A stretch of DNA of 64,000 nucleotides from Bdellovibrio sp. GTDB lineage: Bacteria > Bdellovibrionota > Bdellovibrionia > Bdellovibrionales > Bdellovibrionaceae. Both the position numbers and the translations under genes were made by a program. Positions 58,688 to 64,000 of the stretch are shown here, piece by piece. How positions within the stretch are numbered: position 1 is the first letter of the stretch; each line of letters begins with the position of its first letter. The notes beneath the pieces were generated by a model that made no database searches, was not told the origin of the DNA, and worked only from the letters and a program-made list of their open reading frames with translations. The stretch covers positions 24,634-88,633 of the forward strand of contig JBKCUU010000019.1 of the NCBI GenBank assembly GCA_046318155.1. The letters run 5' to 3'.

Positions 58688-59726
58688 AGGCTTTCAAATC
58701 TTCATAAGTCAACTCATCGTAGTTTTCGGCGATGGCGACCCTTTTACGCGTATACATATAATTATTTTTTAAACTCTGCACTTTGAGCAGATTACGCTGC
58801 GAAGAATCTTTGGTGAAGTTGAAAAGGTATTCTTTGGCCGCAAATTTATAGTTCGACCAATTTCCGAACAGCTTTAAATCGTGGTTTAAAATGCTCCATT
58901 TTTGGAAATCCGGATCATCGAAGAAATGGATAACATGGCTCCCGTAACGTGCACCAAGATCCCAATGTGCTTTTTCGGTGAAGCGAAATTTGACGTACTG
59001 CCACTTTTGACTAAAGTTGTACCACCAAAAAAAATCGTGGGTCGTCTTGATGGGAAATGGTGATTCGTGGACGATGGGGCGTATTCGTTCGAAGAGCTGA
59101 CCGGCCCTATCGGTCCCAACCTGCTTACCGACCAGGGTCAGATAAAGCGGAACAAATTCTTCGTATGATTTGAAAAGCGACTCTTGCCCAAAAAACTCCG
59201 CGCCGCGAGCCAAAATATCCGATCCGAAAAGCTGATCGCCGAGTTCACCGGTCACAAGCACAGAATTCGTCGCAATCAAAAGACCACTAATGTTTGTGAA
59301 AGAGGAAAAGAGAGGTAATCGTGAAACGTATCTCTGAAAGAATGTCGGGTTTTCACGGATGGACTCGTGGCTTAGAATAATTCTTAGACGTTTGATATCG
59401 TGCGCCTCACAATTGGCGAGGATCGAGGCCAAAGCCACGGTGCTATCGATACCTCCGCTGTACGAGATATAAAAATGCTCGCGATCCATTTTAAGCAAAT
59501 CAAGTGCGCGCTCCGCACAGATGTCTGCCCAAGCCGGCGCCGATTTGGTTTGCGCAATGAGATCCGGCAAATATTCGGAGGCGCGGGCGAAATGAAATAG
59601 ATCATTGTTGTGCCTTAGTCGGCTTATCGCACGCGAGAATGGGTGAATCAAAAAATGTTCGGCGGGCGCTTGGAAAAAGCTTTGCGACAAATCCTGGCTA
59701 CGTTTCCCCGTGTAGACTAGTAACAT
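58674..59726 (-). CDS. PP-loop ATP pyrophosphatase, asparagine-synthetase C-domain-like, no glutaminase domain
   Basis: SYSGGIDST, VTGELGDQLFG, WWYNF..KWQ, HFFD...FQKWS, YK..AKEY. Confidence 0.8.
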   Translation of the reverse strand: MLLVYTGKRSQDLSQSFFQAPAEHFLIHPFSRAISRLRHNNDLFHFARASEYLPDLIAQTKSAPAWADICAERALDLLKMDREHFYISYSGGIDSTVALASILANCEAHDIKRLRIILSHESIRENPTFFQRYVSRLPLFSSFTNISGLLIATNSVLVTGELGDQLFGSDILARGAEFFGQESLFKSYEEFVPLYLTLVGKQVGTDRAGQLFERIRPIVHESPFPIKTTHDFFWWYNFSQKWQYVKFRFTEKAHWDLGARYGSHVIHFFDDPDFQKWSILNHDLKLFGNWSNYKFAAKEYLFNFTKDSSQRNLLKVQSLKNNYMYTRKRVAIAENYDELTYEDLKAYVRR

Positions 59727-59750
59727 CTCTTTTTTTTACACAAGGCCACT

Positions 59751-61070
59751 TCATTTGACCATAAAATAGATAAAATAGGACATCAAATAGATGAGGGACA
59801 TCGTCACGTGGGTCAGTAAAACCGACCGCCAAGCGGGACCGGCTTTCTCGCGCACACGGGTGCGCTTATAACCGATCAGCGAAAACTCGAGAACGACAAA
59901 CCAAAGGGTCCACTGAATCAACGTCCAGATCTCGCGTTTGAAGTGGTCCGCAGACTCGAACGGCGAAAAGCCCAGTGCAAATAAAGCCAAGGCTAAGTAA
60001 TTCAAAAATCCTATTTTAATATTAATAAATAAAAAGAATGCGATCAAACGGCTCAGGCGCGGCCTGCGGGTGCGGGCTAACAAGGGTAGGTAGATATATT
60101 TTTGCAATAAAAGATAGCTGTAGACGGAACCGCGCCGCCAATATTCGGCGGGACTTCGCGACAACCAAACAAAGTTCGTCGCGTCCAGGATAGAAATACC
60201 GAAAATTCGGATCAGCCCGGAGAGAATGTTCAAAAAACTCATCAGTCCAAGCACCGCAAGTACGTAGCGCATCGGCATATAGATCAGTGGTGTCTTGATA
60301 GTGTTAAGATTTTCTTCAAATCCGATTCGGATCAACGCCAGGGTAAGACCTAAAACAATGTTCAAAAAACCCTGCCACCAAAGCTTATTCCGTGCTTCGT
60401 GCGCAGCACTCCCCGCTGAGTCCGGTATAATCAATCCGCGCGCGGCAAAGGTTGGCGCCAAAAGCGAAGACCAATCCTTGACCTCTCCCGGTCGAAGGAA
60501 TCGAATCAGCAAAATTTGCAGAACTAGATAATGAGGTTTTAAAAACCAGAATGTTAAAAACCGTTCAGGACTGAAAGCATACAAATTGATACTAATCCAA
60601 GTCAGTAAGCCCCCTGCTGCAGCACAGAGTGCGGTGATCCACACACCGCGTGCCCCAGCCGAAAAAACGTAAAATCCGAGACCAAGTAATAACGGATAAA
60701 CCAAATAAATGCCGAGCCTCGGCCCCCAAGGTATCACCGAGAAAAAAAAATAAGTGTTCAGCATCCAGCCCGCACTTAAGACGAAAATCTTAAAGCGCGG
60801 ACCTGCGAATCGCGGCACTAAACATATCACCGAAGCGACAAGGAAAAATGGCAATGAATATTTAAGCAGACGAGTGACTCGAAAACCTCCGTTAGGTCTT
60901 GAGTCACTGACTTCATGAAAAAATTCGGGATGCGACACGAGCACCCACGCTAAAATTAATGCTGCAGCGGCAGCTCCCCAAAGCCCCAACTTTTCCGAAA
61001 GTGAACGCACCACGCGTAATTCGAGACGTCGGCAAAAAATTTCAACCTGTAGGGGCGTGGGCATCGCCAC
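59751..61070 (-). CDS. Divergent MBOAT-like polytopic membrane protein
   Basis: About 10 TM helices; R.FGI, NFVWLSRSPAEYWRR, KYIYLPL match the MBOAT N.....S..EFWRR...YIY.PL signature. Confidence 0.7.
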   Translation of the reverse strand: MAMPTPLQVEIFCRRLELRVVRSLSEKLGLWGAAAAALILAWVLVSHPEFFHEVSDSRPNGGFRVTRLLKYSLPFFLVASVICLVPRFAGPRFKIFVLSAGWMLNTYFFFSVIPWGPRLGIYLVYPLLLGLGFYVFSAGARGVWITALCAAAGGLLTWISINLYAFSPERFLTFWFLKPHYLVLQILLIRFLRPGEVKDWSSLLAPTFAARGLIIPDSAGSAAHEARNKLWWQGFLNIVLGLTLALIRIGFEENLNTIKTPLIYMPMRYVLAVLGLMSFLNILSGLIRIFGISILDATNFVWLSRSPAEYWRRGSVYSYLLLQKYIYLPLLARTRRPRLSRLIAFFLFINIKIGFLNYLALALFALGFSPFESADHFKREIWTLIQWTLWFVVLEFSLIGYKRTRVREKAGPAWRSVLLTHVTMSLIYLMSYFIYFMVK

Positions 61071-61678
61071 TAGAAATCAACTTTGAGGGTACCGATGAAC
61101 ATCGGGTGATTAAAATCTTGTCCAGCGACCGACGACCAAACCTGCACAGGGAGAACGATTAAATCGCTATCTTTAGTTTCAAAATGATGCGGGCACATTG
61201 GTGGCAAAACGCAGGTCATCCCTTCGACAAGTTCGGTGGTTTGACAATGACCGGCCATACCCACCAGACTAAGACCACGCCCACGGTAAACGTACACAAC
61301 ACGCGCGGTCGGATGAATGTGGTGCATCTGCTCTTTGGTGTGAGCCGGCATGTGTAGCATTTGCCAAGTCGGATCGCCGGGTCGCTCAGGGGCGAAGAGC
61401 TGCCGAGTCGAGCAACCGTTGATGTACGGCAAATTGGTCGGTGCTTCGAGAGCACAACTGCGTTCAGCTGGGGCATAGCCTCGAATCACCGTGCAAAAGA
61501 AGTTCGAGATTAAATCGCACTCGCCGCGTTTGAAGAGAGCGTCTTTGGCGTTTTCGCTGATCAAAAAAGCACCATCCCCTGCTTCTAAACGGATACGCTG
61601 TTTGCCAGTGTAAAGACGAAACATATACGTCGATTGCGGTTCCGAGATAAATTTTTTCTCACCAGTGAGGTAAATCAA
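61070..61678 (-). CDS. Cupin-domain protein
   Basis: HHIHPTARVVYV.RG.G, PHHFET; LPYINGC and NHPM motifs. Confidence 0.82.
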   Translation of the reverse strand: MIYLTGEKKFISEPQSTYMFRLYTGKQRIRLEAGDGAFLISENAKDALFKRGECDLISNFFCTVIRGYAPAERSCALEAPTNLPYINGCSTRQLFAPERPGDPTWQMLHMPAHTKEQMHHIHPTARVVYVYRGRGLSLVGMAGHCQTTELVEGMTCVLPPMCPHHFETKDSDLIVLPVQVWSSVAGQDFNHPMFIGTLKVDF

Positions 61679-61679
61679 A

Positions 61680-62891
61680 TTAATGTCCTCCCAAAAATGA
61701 CTTAATCTGGTCGCGGCTAAAATAGTGCCCGGCCGAATTCTTAGTGGCGAAAAGACTCAGTGACAAAAGATCTGGCGGTACATAGGCTTCGATCATCTTA
61801 CTATCTGCAAAGCGAAATACGACAAGCTTATTCAAATATTTGTAATGTGGGCGCCCAAATGTTAAAAGAGCGATCTTCTTGCCATGTGCGGCCAGACGTA
61901 GAATACGCCAGCAAGCAAAGAACATAGTATTCAAATCCTGAAGTTTTCGGTCGAGCTCTGGCCTCGAGTGCGACTGACTGCGCACTGAGGAATTAAGAAA
62001 ACCAAATGAAGTTATATTATAAGAAGAAGCTTCAGCGGGAAAATCGTCGGTAAATACATCGAATCTTTTAAAGTCTTGGCTTTCGAGTTTCGAAAAATAA
62101 TTCTGTTTTTGCTCGACGCTCAACTCGCGATCTTCGAACTTAAACTGCAAGCCTTTTTCGCGGGCGCCTTGTGGCGACTCGATATCGTAGCTGACGAATG
62201 CTTGATCAGTCGCTTCGGACACTTCTGGAGTCGAATAACCGCCTCCCAAATCGATATTGATTTCAGCCTCCTGAATCAATTTGCTACGCAGTTGAGGAAA
62301 CTTTTCAAACAATTTTTGATAGTGTCCCACCAAAGTATTCGTCATTCCGGCGTATGCTTTGAGCGGATGTCCGGCCGCCTTTTCACTTTCACACCATTTG
62401 ATCAAAAATTTCTCCGGACCCATCGCCTGCCGAATCTGCTCAAAAATGATTTCGGAAGAATCAACCCCAGGTACTTGGCCCAAAGAGTTTCGCAAAAAAG
62501 TTGATAGGTACGGAATATTGTGTGGCTCGCGCTGATCATCCAGGTAAAGGACTGTTTCGCGGACAGCACCAAAATCCTCTTCGTAAAGTAAGAAAATGAA
62601 TTTGATAACTTCATCCAAAAACGTAACGGCTAAGCCCATCATCCCATTCGAGTATTCTTTTTTAAAATGATCCTGCCGCCAGTTAGAGTTTCCCGGAAAA
62701 TTCGCTGAAAAAACTAAACTTTGCTTCGTCAGCATTTCGCACATCACACCGGTGGCATGGTACACCGTCGATTCGTCTTTCAATTTCAGCGAGGCAAGTT
62801 CGTTTACTATCTCAGTATTTGTACGCAGAGTCCCCGCCCTAAGCCGGCTCAAAAGTGATTCATGTTCTGCAAAGTCTTTCCATGGATTCAA
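61680..62891 (-). CDS. Hypothetical protein with a possible class I SAM-binding fold
   Basis: IDLGGG motif I-like, FVSYD acidic beta2 end, FDVF. Confidence 0.55.
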   Translation of the reverse strand: MNPWKDFAEHESLLSRLRAGTLRTNTEIVNELASLKLKDESTVYHATGVMCEMLTKQSLVFSANFPGNSNWRQDHFKKEYSNGMMGLAVTFLDEVIKFIFLLYEEDFGAVRETVLYLDDQREPHNIPYLSTFLRNSLGQVPGVDSSEIIFEQIRQAMGPEKFLIKWCESEKAAGHPLKAYAGMTNTLVGHYQKLFEKFPQLRSKLIQEAEINIDLGGGYSTPEVSEATDQAFVSYDIESPQGAREKGLQFKFEDRELSVEQKQNYFSKLESQDFKRFDVFTDDFPAEASSYNITSFGFLNSSVRSQSHSRPELDRKLQDLNTMFFACWRILRLAAHGKKIALLTFGRPHYKYLNKLVVFRFADSKMIEAYVPPDLLSLSLFATKNSAGHYFSRDQIKSFLGGH

Positions 62892-62893
62892 AT

Positions 62894-63634
62894 TTAAAGA
62901 CCTTTCAGGTTGAGCCGCACACCGCGCTCCTTCAACCGCTCGCGGGTCAGCGCTGTCGCCAATCCAGTCACCTGCAGCGAATATCGGGGTGCAAAGCTGC
63001 AGTTAGCTGTTGCATGCGGAACTTCCCACCATTTGAAGTACATAATTTCGCCGGCTCGCCACTGAGACCAATACCCGTTCCCCAGGGCCCACACATGTCC
63101 CCAAACCCAATCCTGCAGTTGAACTTGCATACGCACCCAATCTTCGGGCCGCTGCTTCATGGCCAAAGACACGTCATCGTCTTTACGTTGTTTCATCAAC
63201 CCGTCGACATGAACTGGAAAAACTTGTCCGGGATGTTGAATGTGAATTCTTGGATCGACGCTTCCTTCTTGCAAACCAAACCAATCGATCATCTTAAAAA
63301 TTAACGGTGCTTTTTCGCGCGAGAGTAGCGGCGCTTTGATTCGATTCAAAAAGACATGTTCATCGTTGTAGCTTCTTTCTTCCGAAAGATTGAGGTCGAA
63401 CTGCTGATTCGGCTTATGTTTCGCGCCGGCGGCGGCAACACAATGTGAAAACCCGAACTTAGCCCCCCCTGTCGCTTCCGCTTCCAGAGCTTTGACTTCG
63501 CTCAACCAGTCGGCGCCCTCGAAATGCCCTAGGATATCAAATCTAAGTTCTTCTCGACGAAAAGGTTCAAAATGGAAAGACGAAATGCGCTTGAGGTAAT
63601 CGATACGCTCCGAATAGTCTTTAAAGATGGCCAT
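62894..63634 (-). CDS. 2OG-Fe(II) oxygenase (AspH-like double-stranded beta-helix)
   Basis: HxD (PVHVD), distal His (VPHATAN), RxS (PRYSLQVTG); GGGAG RBS. Confidence 0.8.
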   Translation of the reverse strand: MAIFKDYSERIDYLKRISSFHFEPFRREELRFDILGHFEGADWLSEVKALEAEATGGAKFGFSHCVAAAGAKHKPNQQFDLNLSEERSYNDEHVFLNRIKAPLLSREKAPLIFKMIDWFGLQEGSVDPRIHIQHPGQVFPVHVDGLMKQRKDDDVSLAMKQRPEDWVRMQVQLQDWVWGHVWALGNGYWSQWRAGEIMYFKWWEVPHATANCSFAPRYSLQVTGLATALTRERLKERGVRLNLKGL

Positions 63635-64000
63635 GTTCGCTCCCTTTCTTTCGCTTTGACGAACTCAATGCTAATTGAAAAAATAGCCATTTGAAATCAT
63701 TTATAAGCTTTTTCACGTAACGTTGCCCTAGAATCCAATAATTCTGCCGCCGGGCGCCCCGCACAACGATTCCTTTTTAGTACAGCGAGTCGATCTGGGG
63801 GAAATCTATCCCAGCGCAAATTAAAAGGATTTTGGGAAATTTCTCACTTGAAAGTTTTCCGCAAAATCGCAATTTTCGTCCTAAATTCAGCGCATTCCTG
63901 AATTTCCTCAATCACTTACGCAAAGTCTTTTGGCCCGATGAGAAGTCGTCTTCGATCATGAACACAGTAAACAAAATAACATGAGTAACGCCTTTAGCTG

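Noticed and set aside
63635..64000. RiPP precursor ORF upstream of the 7-gene operon
   Set aside because: No convincing small ORF with an RBS seen; sequence beyond the window cannot be assessed.

Overview
Bacterial chromosome segment. The gene content suggests Bdellovibrionota/Oligoflexia (TIGR02147 regulator, DUF3015/DUF4105 pair, many orphan secreted proteins); this is inference, not a database result. About 1-47 kb is mostly core metabolism: hldD, Phe/Tyr catabolism (phhA, hppD, hmgA), ribD, a PIF1 helicase, a pantothenate/CoA operon (panG-like, panB, panC, coaBC, coaX, panD), leucine catabolism (liuB/C/D/E), RNase P RNA (rnpB, absent from the ORF track), and an Skp/RRM/FKBP/DbpA cluster. 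About 47-64 kb is accessory: an alpha/beta hydrolase-DUF4105-DUF3015 triad, an IS630 fragment, two tandem BrnT/BrnA-type toxin-antitoxin loci (one toxin apparently internally deleted), a trypsin-like lipoprotein behind a G12 tract, and several pseudogenes and IS remnants. The best candidate for an undescribed system is a tightly coupled 7-gene operon (57934-63634, minus): 2OG-Fe(II) oxygenase, SAM-fold protein, cupin, divergent MBOAT, PP-loop asparagine-synthetase-like ATPase, unknown protein and DltC-like carrier protein. No CRISPR array, tRNA or rRNA was seen. Family calls come from motif recognition by eye; no searches were run.
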